From NCBI GenBank assembly GCA_964016885.1, contig OZ024742.1:229524001-229588000 (forward strand): 64,000 nucleotides of DNA. Direction: 5' to 3'. The DNA comes from Eledone cirrhosa. Its lineage: Eukaryota. The translations under genes were made by a program, and so were the position numbers. The notes under the pieces are model-generated. The model was given only the letters and a program-made list of their open reading frames with translations. It was not told where the DNA came from and did no database searches. Below are positions 1-13,068 of this stretch, one piece after another; the stretch's first letter is position 1, and every line of letters begins with the position of its first letter.

Positions 1-51
<51 letters not shown>

Positions 52-171
52 CATACACATATGGAGATATAAAAGATAGAGAAGCGAAAACCAACCCAAA
101 CCAAACAGTGACTGTGTTTTGTTATTATTTCTGGCAATATTATAACAACATGACCCTCCCCAAGTATAACA

Positions 172-253
<82 letters not shown>

Positions 254-1419
254 GAAAGCGAAGGCTTGTAATCGAGTATGACTTGATAGTATATATCACA
301 ATTTCGCTAAGTGATTTAGATGCCCATGCAGTCAGTAGACACCCTCTTGTCTCTCTTTCTTTTGATCCAACTGATCTATCGAATAGCTGGTGAAAGAGCT
401 CTATACAAACAATGAGTTGGTATTTTTGTTATCGCTCCCGAAAATGTCAAAGAGGAAGTGGAGCTCGGTTCATTTTGAACTCAGAACGCTGAGACGGGGA
501 ACAAATATCGGACGTTCTACTGAGTACACTATACCAACGGCTTTATACAAATACCACCGCACTTAGGCACACACACACAAACACACACAGCACACACACG
601 CACAAACACACACACATATGAATGAATTATTGATAGAGCGTCAGATAAAATACCTTCTGGTATGTCACCGTGATTTCAAATCGTATCGAGATAAATATCA
701 TTGCTAGTCCATGTACCCATTAATTTGTGATTTATTACTCGTACAGAACAAAGGATACAATTGCATTACTTTTATATATTTTCATTTAAATGATTATTTC
801 GATGAGAAATTCTAAGCCAATTTTGAGTCTTTATCGCATGAAAATGCACCTTCACGACATTCTGGAAAATAGAAATGACTTTACACTAATACTATAAATT
901 ATCACAACAAGCAATCTACCAGATACCATTTGAATTGAAAACGCTTTCTAGGGTGTTCTCTGTTAAATCAGTACAGAATGTTAAGAGTTAAATCCATAAT
1001 ATACTTTAATGGAAACAAAATATTGATTTTCTGTATTTTTCTTTTTACACCGTGTAAAGATTTAGCAGAAAATATCTAATATCATACATATTAATTCAAA
1101 TGTTTAGAGTGGCTTTACTAAGAGAGAGGTCATTGTGGAATTTTGCATTATTAAAGCAAGGCCTTCAGATTTTAATGTTCTGAAGGTAGTGTGTTGTTTT
1201 ATACATTTCAAGAATGTTATACTAATATTGATTCATACACTTCAGAATGTTAAACTTTATGCTGCCCGTAGAATATGTGGCTTTGATAGCTATTTAAAAT
1301 ATAATTAGATAGTATATATTTGACAAATAGCTATAAGCGTTAGGTTTTCTGTGAAACCAGCAACTTGTTTATAAGTGTTTCAATATTCACAAAAAATTAT
1401 GGATCATATTATCGGAAAA

Positions 1420-1790
1420 GACAAGAAAGATATTGACTAGATATGGGTATTTTACACAAATAGCGACACAGACATTATGTGTACTAAAAAAAGAGGTGGA
1501 AAAGAACTAATGGTGTGCAGAGACAGCATTAAAACTGAAGAAAATAACATGGCGTGGTACATAAAATATTCCACAGAATTGTTGTTGCTTGAAGTACGAA
1601 GGTCAGGCTGTACTAAATAGAAACTTGCAAAGAAAAAAACACAGAATAAGCATTTGAAGATGGGTGAAACTGAAATTGGATGGACAGAAAAAAATAATGT
1701 ATGGGCAATTCCACAGAGAATTTGAAGATAAGACAGACAGAGAAAAAGATGTTTATAGATGGCTAAACAATAACAACATCAGCGATATAA
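1420..1790 (+). pseudogene. Decayed R4/Dong-type non-LTR retrotransposon fragment (post-RT region)
   Basis: Frameshifted translation TRKILTRYG..SDTD..KRGGKELM..RDSIKTEENNMAWYIK..KKIMYGQFHREF..YRWL parallels the 63101-63880 protein (TRKLLTIY..SDVDRLY..EGGRGL..MEKNNL..WL). Confidence 0.65.
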
Positions 1791-2644
1791 ATAAAAGTCG
1801 TGTACTTGTCGGTCACACACTAGAAATGAGAGAGGAAGGAAGGGGAGGCAGCGTTTAACATTCGCTACGCCTGTGTGCGCATATGTAAAGCGAATAGGCA
1901 ACACACATTGGCTGTTATGATTATGTGAGTGTTTGTGTATGTGCATATGTGTGTTTGTGTAAATTATATTTATATATAATATTTGTGTGAGTGTATATGT
2001 GTTTGTGTGTATTTATTTACAAAGATACATAGACAATAGAATTAAAAACACACACGAATCTGCACATGCATATATATATATAAACTTAGAAAAACGAATT
2101 ATTACATACACACACATCTATGTGATGACTGAGAAATGAAAGGGGGTGAGAAACTATAGATGTCCAGCGTTCTAAGATTCGTCACAACTGTGCGTTTATA
2201 TGTTTGTATCACTTGTGTGAGGGAGCACGAGGGAACTAACCAACCAATCAACCAGTCAAACAACCAACCAACAAACACACAAAGAAACAATCATCTCTTT
2301 TTTATATTATGTATATATATTACAAGTAGCCCTCATTCTTGACGGCACAGGTCCAGCTAGTAGTAATAATTTCTATATTATAACAGAGAAGCTGTCTCTC
2401 CGTCGTTATCTATGGTGATACTACCTACTTATCTATCTATCTTGATAGAGTAAGACACGCTTCGCATCGGCTCCGCTATTCCATCGGGATTTACCCTTAC
2501 TATTGTAAGTACCGGATAAATTTTTTAGTGCAACACATTTGGAACACTAACCCCTGTTATTTAGGGAAACATTTTTGCATTTACCCCCTTTTTAGGGGGT
2601 AAAATAAATATCTATTTTTGCCGAAAAATTTCTTTCTTGGCAGC

Positions 2645-4481
2645 ATGGCGGAAAAGATGGCAGACATGTCTGCCATTAGCTCTGCCACGCCCCCCAAGTC
2701 TGAAGAACAAAAAATAATTACAACAAAATTAGACATTGAAACAAACAAACAAAATGAAAAAACAAATGTTAAGGAAAATGAGCAAACAGAAAACAAACAA
2801 ACAGAAAATAATACAAATAACGACAGGGCAACTTTCGCCCAGAAAACAAAGCAATCCATTACATACACACCAATTGACCTAACTGCCGCCAGAGAAAAAC
2901 TGGCCGAAGCAAAGAAACATATTGTTTTGGGGGAGAACGGAATGTTTTCCATTAACTCCCCCCCAGAATTCAAGAAAGCCAGAGCAGAAAACACAGTTAT
3001 ATACAGAACTATACTAAACCAGTCAAGAAAGCCAGCACAGCCCAGCCAAATGGAAATAGAGTTAGTCCTAAAAGACTATATGAAGAATATTCTCTTCATA
3101 CGAAAGGACCGACTCTATGGCAGCATTTCGGTCCTAACAAGAGACAAAGAAACGGCGGTTCAGCTTTCCCTAAGCCCACTCTCGTCGACAACATATAGCT
3201 TCTATCCCTCCTACATGGGTAGAAGAACACAGAGAATAAAAGTAAAAACAATGCTGCCCACAATGGACTTCTGGTGGGCTATTGCTGGCTTCATTGATAT
3301 GGGCGAAGACACTATGCTGTCAATGGGGAAGGCAACTGGAGATGCGTTCCTGGGAATGGGCCTCGACATACTAGTCCAAATGAGGCCCGAAAGAATAGCA
3401 CAAATCCCGGATCGCATCTGGCTGGATGACCTTACCCCAATAGACATAATTGTAGAGGGGAGAAGACCAGCATGCTATTTATGCATGGAAAGGGGACACG
3501 TTAAGGCTAACTGCCCGAAACGTATCCCCCAAAAAGGACTATTGCCCACACCCACCACAAACAGTACACCAGCACCACCCACCTCCAAAAATACACTAAT
3601 ACCACACACAGCAAACAAAATACAGACACCACCAACCACAAACACAACACAAACATCACCACCACCAGCACCAAACACAAGCACGACACAAAAATCACCA
3701 CCACCAACCACAACACAAACATCACCACCACCATTACCAACCACAAGCACGACACAAACATTACCACCACCACCACCACAAAACCCATTCCAAACAAATA
3801 ATAAAAAAAACAGTAACAAATCTACCCCTCCCGCAAAAAAAAAACAACCACACAACACGTCCCTCCCACCTAGCGCTGAAGAGTTTCCCCCAACTTCTGA
3901 AGAAGAAGGAGGAGAAGCCTTCAGACAAGTTAAAAGAAAAAAAAGAAAACACACACCCAGCACACCACAAATAACCCACACACAAACACCAACTCCAATC
4001 AAAAACACCCCACCCTCAACAAACAAAAATAAATCTGCGCCTCCCCTCTCCGAAACATTGACAGCATCACAAAAAAAAGACGTTGCAATACACATATATA
4101 AATAAAGAAAACAAAAAACTGGTTAAATTAATAAACAATAACCCTATGGTGCAGACTGAAGGGCCAAACTTTATCTCAACAGAGAACTTCACCCATTTAA
4201 AAATGATAAAGGTCCCTCTGGACCTTTATCGTTCCTTAAAAGAACAATTTAGACGGGACGTGAGCCCCCCCTGTTTAAAACCTTTGAATCGCGTCCTCTT
4301 GAAAGATTTCCCCATAACCGCCCCTCTCCCTGACACAACTCCAAATACCCCAACCCCACCACACACGTGTACCCCCACACCACCACAAAACATCCCTCCA
4401 CCCAACACACCTGATGCCATGGAAATTACGCAACCCGGAGAGGTAAGTGCTTTTCTTTCTTCACTTTCAACACCAAAATAG
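2645..4481 (+). CDS. Tx1 ORF1 (gag-like nucleic-acid-binding protein), one apparent frameshift near 4071-4100
   Basis: ATG at 2645; CX2CX4HX4C knuckle CYLCMERGHVKANC; Pro/Thr-rich linker. The frame ends at 4105 and continues in the 4083-4481 frame next to an A-run/(AT)n. Confidence 0.82.
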
Positions 4482-7400
4482 ATCAATTGAGAGTTGGCTG
4501 TTTGAACGCGCGTGGCCTGAGCTCAGCTTGGAAGCAAGCAAAGCTTCTAAGTGACCTCAGGTCACAAAGTATAGATGTGATGGTTGTTTGCGAGAGTCGG
4601 ATCAGCAGCGTGAGACAGCTGGCGCCCGCCTTCGATGACTTTGAGATGCACGCATCTCTCTGTCAACCCGGAGGCGGGGGGGGGGAGTTGCCGTACTGCT
4701 GGATAAACGTCTGACTCTCGACGTACAGATTGTTCACTCGGACCCGGGGGGTCGATTACTGGTGCTGGACGTCGGAGGTGGTGAAGGCGGGGCTTTCAGA
4801 CTGGTCGGTCTTTATGCTCCCTTCGGGGCGGAGAGAGCCGACTTCTTCCAACGTCTGGAGACTTTTCTAGGAACGTCGCGTTCCCTGCTTTTAGTGGGGG
4901 ACTGGAATGGAATCCTAGATGCGCGTTGGGACTATGCAGGGGCATGTCCCGATAGAGGGGGGTGTAGCAGCCTCAAGGGGTTACTCGATCGATTCGACCT
5001 GGTCGATAGATTTCGACTAGATTGTCCAACTGCGCCAACCTGGACCTGGGCAAACCGCAGTGGACAATCTAGATCGTACCTAGATAGGTTTTTGGTTAGG
5101 AGTAAGGATAGGGACGTATTTAGTTGTCCAGAACTGATCATGGTTGGCTATTCCGATCACAAATTAGTGACCTGCGTGGTCAACCTTGATAGAACGCATA
5201 GACAGGGTCCCGGTTACTGGAAGATGAACTTGTCCTTACCGACAAAGAAAGATTACAGAAACCGGATTAGTAGCTTAGTTAAGATGCGGTTGACGGGAGC
5301 GATCGTCAACAGTAGGTGGTGGATATCTCTAAAGAGAGAGATTAGAGTAAGTTCGATAGGTTACAGTAAGGAACTAGCGGCGAATAGAAATAGGAGGGAA
5401 AGGGAGTTAACAGATAAACGAGAAGAGGCGATTAGGAGCGGAGACGTAGCCAGAGTGTTAGCGACGAGTACGGCATTGAGCCAGTTCTTTGACGCGAAGC
5501 ACGAAGGCTGCGTTGTCCGAAGTAAAATACGTGCTTTAGGAAACGAGGGGACCAAAGCTGTTAGCTGGGCCCGCGTGACAGAAGCCAAGAGTGGGATTAA
5601 ATCCACCATTCGGTCTTTGCGAGACCAGGATGGACGGGTGATCCTTGAACCTGAGCGAATGTGCGAGACCTTTCAAAGGCACTTTGCTCGACTGTTCGGA
5701 GGTGGCGGGGGGCCGGACGGGGATGTGGACTTCGGTCCATACCTCGACGGTCTACGGCGTCTTTCGAGCGGCGAAGCGGAGTGCTGCGAAGGGCCAATCA
5801 CAGCCACTGAAATCGGGGAAGCGCTCAGCCAATGCAGCAGACGCAAATCCCCGGGTCTCGATGGTCTACCATACGAACTTTATTTAGCTATGCCGGTCTT
5901 GTTCTCCGAACTCCTCGAGGCTGTCTATTGCAACTGGCAACAGAACGGGAGAATTCCCTGTTCTGTGACCAAGGGCGTGGTCACGCTAGTGAGGAAGGAC
6001 GAGAGCAAGGGGGACGACTTAAGTAACTTTAGGCCCATAACTCTGCTGAATGCAGAGTTACAGATTTTGGCCAAGGTGTTGGCGAAGAGGTTGGCGCTTG
6101 TGGTGGGTGGTTTGGTGGGAGACGCGCAGACATGCGCTATCCCGTCCAGGTCCATTCACGACAACCTCCACCTCATGCGATACATCATAGAGAGGGTTGG
6201 CTACGAACCCGGCTTTGGTGGGGCCCTGATCAACTTGGATCAATCTAAGGCGTTCGATAGGGTCGACCATGGTTACCTGGATGCGGTGCTAGCGGCGGCG
6301 GGCTTCGGACCCGTTTTCAGGGGCTGGATTTCTGCCATGCACAGTGGCAACATCTACTCTAGGATTAAAGTAAACGGCTACCTCTCGGAGCCGTTTCAAA
6401 TCACCCCATCCATCAGACAGGGGTGCCCCCTCTCCTCCCTTCTGTACGTATTGACTCTCGAGCCACTGCTGCGGAAGTTGGAGTTGCTGCGGGGCATACC
6501 ACTGGAACCGGGATTGCACAAAGCGGTCTCGGCCTATGCCGACGACGTAACAGTAATGGTGGCGGACGCCTCGGAAATCGGGGCGATCGCCACCCTACTG
6601 GAGGAATACGAAAGGCTGACGGGGGCTAAGCTGAACCAGGACAAGTCAGTCGGTTTGCAACTCGGAACGTGGAGGGGCAAACCGATGCCGTTAGACGGTG
6701 TCGTCGGGCGGTGGACGGAGGGCCCGGTGAAGCTGCTCGGGGTCTGGTTCGGACCGGACCTCCAGGTGGAGAAGAATTGGGGCGAGGTGACGAGCAGGGT
6801 GTTTGCGCTGACCCAGAAGTGGGCCAAGTGCAAACTATCACTGAAAGGTCGGGCGGAGGTGACGAACGCTTACATAGCGTCCGTCATCTACTACCGCCTG
6901 ACCGTCGTGCCTTGCCCCAAGGAAAAGCTCACCATCATGGAACGCATGCTCTTCCAGTTCCTCTGGAAGAAGCGGCCTCCCATGGTGAGGAGATCCATCT
7001 GCTGCCAGCACCCTTCGAAAGGAGGGCTGGGTATGCCGTGGCTGTTGATGCGTAGGCACGCATTGAGGCTACGGCATCTACAGGTATTCCTCAACGGTCA
7101 GCCGGTGTGGGCCCCGTTTGTGAGGCGAGCCTTCCCACAGCTCGTCTCGCTCACCGAACTGCAATCCTGGGTGAAGCAAAGACCGAGAAAACTGGGCAAC
7201 TGGCACACTGAGTGTGCCCAGGCGCTCACGGCTATCTGGCAAGCGGACCCGACTGTCAGTGGAGAATCCACCTCGACATTCTATAGAGGGTTGGTGGCTA
7301 GCAGGGGCGACGACACCCTTGGAGAGTCGCTAGGCATGGAGGAGGACGAACTGGCCAGCCTGTTCGGTAGAACTTTCGGCCCGGGACCCATGGACAACTT

Positions 7401-7917
7401 CCAGAGGTCCCTAGCCTGGCAGTGTTACCGGGGGGCTCTGCCCGTTCGAGAAAAGCTCTACAGACACGGGCGCCCGGGCAGGGATCCCGCGAAAAAGATC
7501 TGTCCCAGATGCGTGCGCGACGAGGAAACCGTTGCGCATGCACTGATACACTGCCCGGGCGTTGCCGATCTGTGGGGCTACGTCGAACGACTGCTGTCGC
7601 GTGTGGCGCCGATTCGATTAACCGCCGAGTCTGTGGTGAACATCAAGCCGCCTCCTCCCTTCAGAAATGAAGCAGAGGCGGTCTTTCTGTGCGTAATAGC
7701 CATGATGAAAGAGGTTGTGTGGTGGACGCGCCTGAAAGGTCTGAGGTCGGGTGACTTTCTCTCCGGCCATCACCTGGTTTACTTCTTCCGATACCACTTC
7801 GGAAGAAGAATCAGGATGGAGAGAGAAGTGCTTGGTCCCAGACAGTTTTATGAAAGGTGGGTGAAAGAAGCGAGAATGGCCCGTGTAAATGGGCCTTCTC
7901 TCTACATTGTTCTGTAG
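4478..7917 (+). CDS. Tx1 ORF2: apurinic-like endonuclease + reverse transcriptase + C-terminal zinc finger; frameshift in G10 run 4676-4685
   Basis: APE motifs GCLNARGL, GDWN, SYLDRF, SDH; RT motifs SPGLDG, NFRPITLLN, DQSKAFDRV, QGCPLS, YADD; C-terminal CPRC..ETVAH...C. Correcting the G-run restores GGVAVLL..DPGGRLLVLDV. Confidence 0.93.
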
Positions 7918-8159
7918 GTGAAGAAGTGAAGAGGAAAGGGGGAGCGCCTCCTCTCTGGGCTTCCCCCGCGAAAAGAGTTGCACACTTTTCGGGGGTATGT
8001 GCAATCCCCAACACGCCCCCTCCCTTTTGAGGACTTTTTATTGTTATATTATTATTGTTATTCCTTTTTTCTTTACTCGATTTATGTAAACTCCCCCACT
8101 GTGTAAATGTCCCCTTCTTTTGTGCCCTCGTGGCAAATAAATAGAAATTTATCTATCTT

Positions 8160-9000
8160 ACGCGCTCGGTGAAACTCTAGGCGTAGAGGAAGATGAACTG
8201 GCCAGTCTGTTCGGTAGGACCTTCCGCCCGGGACCGATGGCCAACTTCCAAAAGTCCCTGGCCTGGCAGTGCTACCGAGGAGCTCTACCAGTTCGAGACA
8301 AGCTCTACAGACATGGGCGCCCGGGCAGGGACCCTGCAAAAAAGATCTGTCCGAGGTGCGTGCGAGACGAAGAAACCGTTGCGCACGCATTCATACAGTG
8401 CCCGGGCGTCACTGACCTGTGGGGCTATATAGAACGACTATTGTCGCGGGTGGGACCAATCCGGTTGACCACCGAGTCCATTGTCATGATCAAACCGCCA
8501 CCCTCCTTCAAAAACGAAGGAGAGGCGGTTTTCTTTTGTGTGATAGCTATGGCGAAAGAGGTTGTATGGTGGACAAGGTTGAAAGGGCTGAGGTCAGACA
8601 CCTTTCTCTCCGGCCAACAACTAATTCTTTTTTTCAAATACCACTTAGGAAGAAGAATCAGGATGGAGAGAGAGGTGCTGTACCCCAGCAAGTTTATGAA
8701 AGGTGGGTGAAAGTGGCGAGAATGGCCCGAGTGAATGGGCCTTCTCTCTATATCAGTCTGTAGGTTGAGGAAAAGGAGGAGGAGAGGAAAGGAGTACAAA
8801 CTCTTCGTACTCCTGGAGATGAAGGTTGCACATTTTTTCGGGGGTATGTGTTACCCATATGAACTGTCTCCCCTATTGGGGAAAATCGATTAATTTTTAA
8901 AATTGCATTTGTGATAACATTTTACACGTTTTTATTGTATGTAAACTTCCCCCTTTGTATTTGTCCCCTTCTTTTGTGCCCCTGTGGCTAATAAAGAAAC
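8160..9000 (+). mobile_element. 5'-truncated Tx1 copy in direct tandem with the upstream element
   Basis: Protein nearly identical to the C-terminus of 4762-7917 (NFQKSLAWQCYRGALPVRDKLYRHGRPGRDPAKKICPRC); same 3' end GTGGCTAATAAAGAAAC-ATATCTATCT. Confidence 0.9.
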
Positions 9001-9140
9001 ATATCTATCTTTCACACACTCTTTCTCACAGTATTTCTTTCTCAACAACAACTTTTCACTCCTCCACTTTTCCCCCATTTTACATATATCTGTGAAAAGT
9101 TGTCGATGAGAGAGAAATACAGTGCGAGAGAGAGAGAAAG

Positions 9141-9183
<43 letters not shown>

Positions 9184-9677
9184 GAGGGTGAGAGAGGGTG
9201 AGAGAGAGAGGACGAGAGAGAGGGTGAGAGAGAGAGGAGAGAGAAAGAGGAGAGAGAGCGTGTGTGTCTGTTGTGTGTGTGTGTGTGAAAGATAGATACA
9301 TAGTTGAAAGCGTAATTCAATACGGTGACGTGGTATTAAGAAATTGACATATTTCAATATCTCTATCTTTCTATATGTCACATTCACTCTCTCATTGCAT
9401 TTTTCTTTCAACAACAACAACATTGTTATTGTTGAGAGAGAAATACAGTGAGTAAATGAGAGAGAGTGAGAGAGAGAAAGAGAGAGAGAGTTAAGCGTGA
9501 GTGTGTATGCCTGTGTGTGAAAGATATATTTCAAAAACAAGATTTTAACATACAGATAACTCTACAAAGCCTTCACTGATCATGTCATTTGTCCGCCACA
9601 CATATAATACATATAATTAATTTTCTGGTCGTTTGCATGCGTGTATTTTACCGGCAACATAGTGACGGCTTATTTCT

Positions 9678-10383
9678 AATAATAATTGTTTCTACTTTTG
9701 GCACAATGCCAGCAATTATCCAGTGTATTACTGGTACTTTATTTTATCGACCCCGTAAGGATGAAAGGCAAAGTCAACCTCGGCGGATTTGAACTCGGAC
9801 CATAAAGGGCTGTAACTCTTTGCTGCAAAGCATGGCGTCCGACCCTCTACAGATACTGCCAATCCACCGCCCTTTTTCTAATAATAATGATGATATTTTT
9901 TTCTTGTTTTGGCACAAGGCCAGCAATAACCCAGTGCATTACTGGTACTTTATTTTATCGACCCCGTAAGGATGAAAGGCAAAGTTAACCTTGGCGTAAT
10001 TATTGAAGGGGCGTAACTCTATGCTGTAAAGCTTGGCGTCCGGCCTTCTACCGATACTGCCACACCACCGCCAATAATAACGATAATAATTGTTTCTACT
10101 TTAGGCACAAGGCCAGCAATAACCGAGTGCATTACTGGTACTTTATTTTATGCTGGATAATAACGATAAAAATAATAATGGTTTCTTATATAGGCACAAG
10201 GCCAACCATTTTGGTGAAAGGGGAAATTGATTATATCGATGGTACTTTATTTTATCTACCTGGTAAGGATGAAAGGCAAAGTTAACCTTAGCGGATTTGA
10301 ACTCAGATAATAAAGGGGCGTAACTCTATGCTGTCTGTAAAGCGTGGCGTCCGACCTTCTACCGATACTGTCAATCCACCGCT
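9678..10383 (-). mobile_element. Cluster of 3-4 tRNA-derived SINEs (Meta-domain-like)
   Basis: Minus strand shows A-box-like TGGCAGTATCGG, B-box GAGTTCAAATCC, central GCCTTTCATCCTTACGGGGTCGATAAA and (ATT)n tails. Same family recurs at 14967, 44215, 45052, 52350, 54712, 60067 and 62335. Confidence 0.85.
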
Positions 10384-10678
10384 AATAATAACGATAATAA
10401 TAATAGACTATTGAAAGATAACAGAGTTACTTCATTGAACATATTTCGGTCTCTTTTTAACTTTGATCATCCTCTAATGAAATGAAAGTATCGATAAATA
10501 TGTTGTTTATTCTGGTACATTCCATTCTGGGTTTAAATTCCCGTCCGGGAAATCAAATCTCCTCGATGTTCAGTGATAATGAAAGGATCACGTGACCTCA
10601 TCCTGATTATCAATGTCTTAAGGGTGATTGGGAGCCACCCGCATTGAAACGAACGTGATGATTATGATGATTATGATA

Positions 10679-10720
<42 letters not shown>

Positions 10721-10734
10721 ATATATATATATAC

Positions 10735-11051
10735 AATGATATTAAATAAATGGAAACTATTTTTATAAAACAAAAATTTATTTTATTATATATATTTCAA
10801 GGGCAACCAAGACATTGGTACGCTTTCATCAGATAAAATACAAAGTTTGTATTTTATTTTATCTGATGAAAGCGTACCAATGTTGACTTGGTTGCCCTTG
10901 AAGTATATATAATAAAATAAATTTGGTTTTATAAATATAGTTTCCATTTATTTAATATCATTGAATATTTACTCTAGTCACTGTTGAGTGCTCTAAATCA
11001 GTTATAAACATTTATGTTTGTTGGACTTCCAACAAATTAATACAACTTCTA

Positions 11052-11052
<1 letters not shown>
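10735..11052. mobile_element. Foldback hammerhead-bearing non-autonomous element in (TA)n
   Basis: Inverted arms about 10735-10845 / 10850-10963, followed by a unique tail with TTGAGTGCT; flanked by (TA)n. Confidence 0.8.
10779..10840 (-). ncRNA. Minimal type I hammerhead ribozyme motif
   Basis: TATTTTAT-CTGATGA-[aagcgtaccaa tgtc ttggttgccctt]-GAAA-T-ATAT-ATA-ATAAAATA with an 8-bp helix I. The mirror copy on + (10855-10919) has GAAG. Confidence 0.8.
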
Positions 11053-11111
<59 letters not shown>

Positions 11112-11217
11112 CACACATATATATATACATATATTTACACATATATATATAAACTTATATATATATATACAGATATTTACACACATATATATATAAACGT
11201 ATATATATATATATAAA

Positions 11218-11269
<52 letters not shown>

Positions 11270-11349
11270 CACATATATATATAAACTTATAGAGATATAT
11301 ATAGAGGGGTGCGCGTGCTTTGCATATCTGTGTTTGTATTTTTTATTCT

Positions 11350-11429
<80 letters not shown>

Positions 11430-11606
11430 ATACATTAACAGAGAAAGCTTTAAGCAATACTCCGACCGGCTTCCGTCTCACTCAAGAAACATTAGGATAT
11501 ACCTTAGTATAATCCCAATTATACGATTGGGGTGCTAACTATACGTTTTTTGCGGATAGCCAGTTGTATTATTTTATATGAGACATAATTAAAATACATT
11601 TCTCTT

Positions 11607-11728
11607 TCCAAACGATCGTTACATTATAAGTTTTCTACAAATTGGGAAAATAATGTCCAGGTTATGTAGAAGCCTACACATAGTCCGTAGGAATATATGT
11701 AGATGGGCACTTATAAATCATCAGTGGA
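11607..11728 (-). ncRNA. Degenerate type I hammerhead with long helix II insert
   Basis: TCCA-CTGATGA-t ttataagt ... acttataa t-GTAAC-gatc-GTT-TGGA. One core mismatch (GTAA for GAAA); helices I-III otherwise pair. Confidence 0.55.
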
Positions 11729-12063
11729 TGCCCGACAAATATCGATATAAAAAATAAAAAAAACCTTACCGATATTAATGTTCAGCGATGGTACACCTCC
11801 GTGCTAGAATGACCGCCAAATTTGTAATTCCAGCAGTCTCACAATGAGAAATCTCACACTGCATATATATATATGACTGGGTTTTATATTGATTCCTATA
11901 GCAAATGTTCATGTAAATAAGAATTTATATAGCCATGAAATAGAAAGATAGATAATGAGAAAAGGAAGGAAGGGAAGGGGAAAAATCTTGTTTTGAGAAA
12001 AACACGTTTATTCAAATAACTATTTTTGAGAAATATACGTCTATATATATCTGTGTGTGTGTG

Positions 12064-12108
<45 letters not shown>

Positions 12109-12115
12109 GTCTATC

Positions 12116-12194
<79 letters not shown>

Positions 12195-12413
12195 GGGGTG
12201 TTAGTAGGCGTCTGTCATCTTACCATCCCATTCCTTTTGACTAGCCTCTGTGTCACGTGATTGATTCTTTAGAATCGGCCATTTGACTAGAGGCAGTGAG
12301 GATTTCAGTGCATGGAATTTAGTCCCCGCTAGCTGTTCCATCTACCGAATTATTATTATTTTTATATGAGCCGCCAGTGTCCGCGCATTGCCTGGAGACT
12401 TAGCTGAGAATAG

Positions 12414-12495
12414 ACTCCCTGATGACGCAATGAATTCTCGACAGTTAGATTACGTAACTGTCTTTATCCCATTGCAGAAACTAATTAGTTGGAGT
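12414..12495 (+). ncRNA. Type I hammerhead ribozyme motif in a ~490-bp (TA)n-flanked element (12193-12680)
   Basis: ACTCC-CTGATGA-c gcaatg ... cattgc a-GAAAC-taatta-GTT-GGAGT; palindromic helix III; extra hairpin gacagtta/taactgtc inside domain II. Confidence 0.85.
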
Positions 12496-12740
12496 GAAAA
12501 TTTAAGTAAGTTAAAATTTAAAAAAAAAAAAATTTTTTTAAAGATTTTCTTATTTTACGTCTTTTATATTATTGTTCTGCATCCTCCTGCATTGAACCAC
12601 CTAGGTACTATGACATAACCTGTGTATTTGCTGGCATAAGCGTACATCTGTGCGCTTATGTTAGTTGATATATTAAATTATCTCTCTCTCTCTATATATA
12701 TATATATAAACATATATAAATATATATATATATATATATA

Positions 12741-12818
<78 letters not shown>

Positions 12819-12825
<7 letters not shown>

Positions 12826-13019
12826 GTAAACCGAAAAGAAAATGCAGACAAATTGTTCACAGTGAAAAATAGTTTAATTAAGAATAAGTGAGAATTAGTA
12901 ATAGTATTGGTTAGTATTCAAAACTGAATACTAACAAATACTATTACTAATTCTCAGTTATTCCTTAATAAACTATTTTTCACTGTGAACAATTTGTCAG
13001 CATTTTCTTTTCCGTTTAC

Positions 13020-13026
<7 letters not shown>
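12819..13026. repeat. Near-perfect ~100-bp-arm palindrome with 4-nt loop between (TA)n tracts
   Basis: ...TTAGTATTCA-AAAC-TGAATACTAA...; arms complementary with a few mismatches; no hammerhead core found. Confidence 0.9.

Positions 13027-13065
<39 letters not shown>

Positions 13066-13068
<3 letters not shown>

Larger units (their letters stand above)
2443..8150 (+). mobile_element. Near full-length Tx1-type (L1 clade) non-LTR retrotransposon
   Basis: 5' UTR, ORF1 with zinc knuckle, ORF2 with APE-RT-CCHC, and a 3' UTR ending AATAAA...TATCTATCT. Preceded by TATCTATCTATC at about 2430-2441. Confidence 0.93.

Noticed and set aside
4443-4481. AG|GTAAGT ... pyrimidine tract ... TAG mini-intron that might fuse ORF1 and ORF2
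   Set aside because: Only 39 nt, and removing it keeps the ORF1 frame and hits ATC AAT TGA, so no fusion results.
3475-4486. Long antisense ORFs over ORF1
   Set aside because: By-product of the A/C-rich low-complexity strand.
9678-10383. CRISPR-like array or true tRNA genes
   Set aside because: Eukaryotic SINE copies with tails; no repeat-spacer periodicity and no complete cloverleaf.
11455-11490. GAAGC-cg-GTC-ggagt half-ribozyme on the minus strand
   Set aside because: No matching CUGANGA or 5' strand of helix I nearby.
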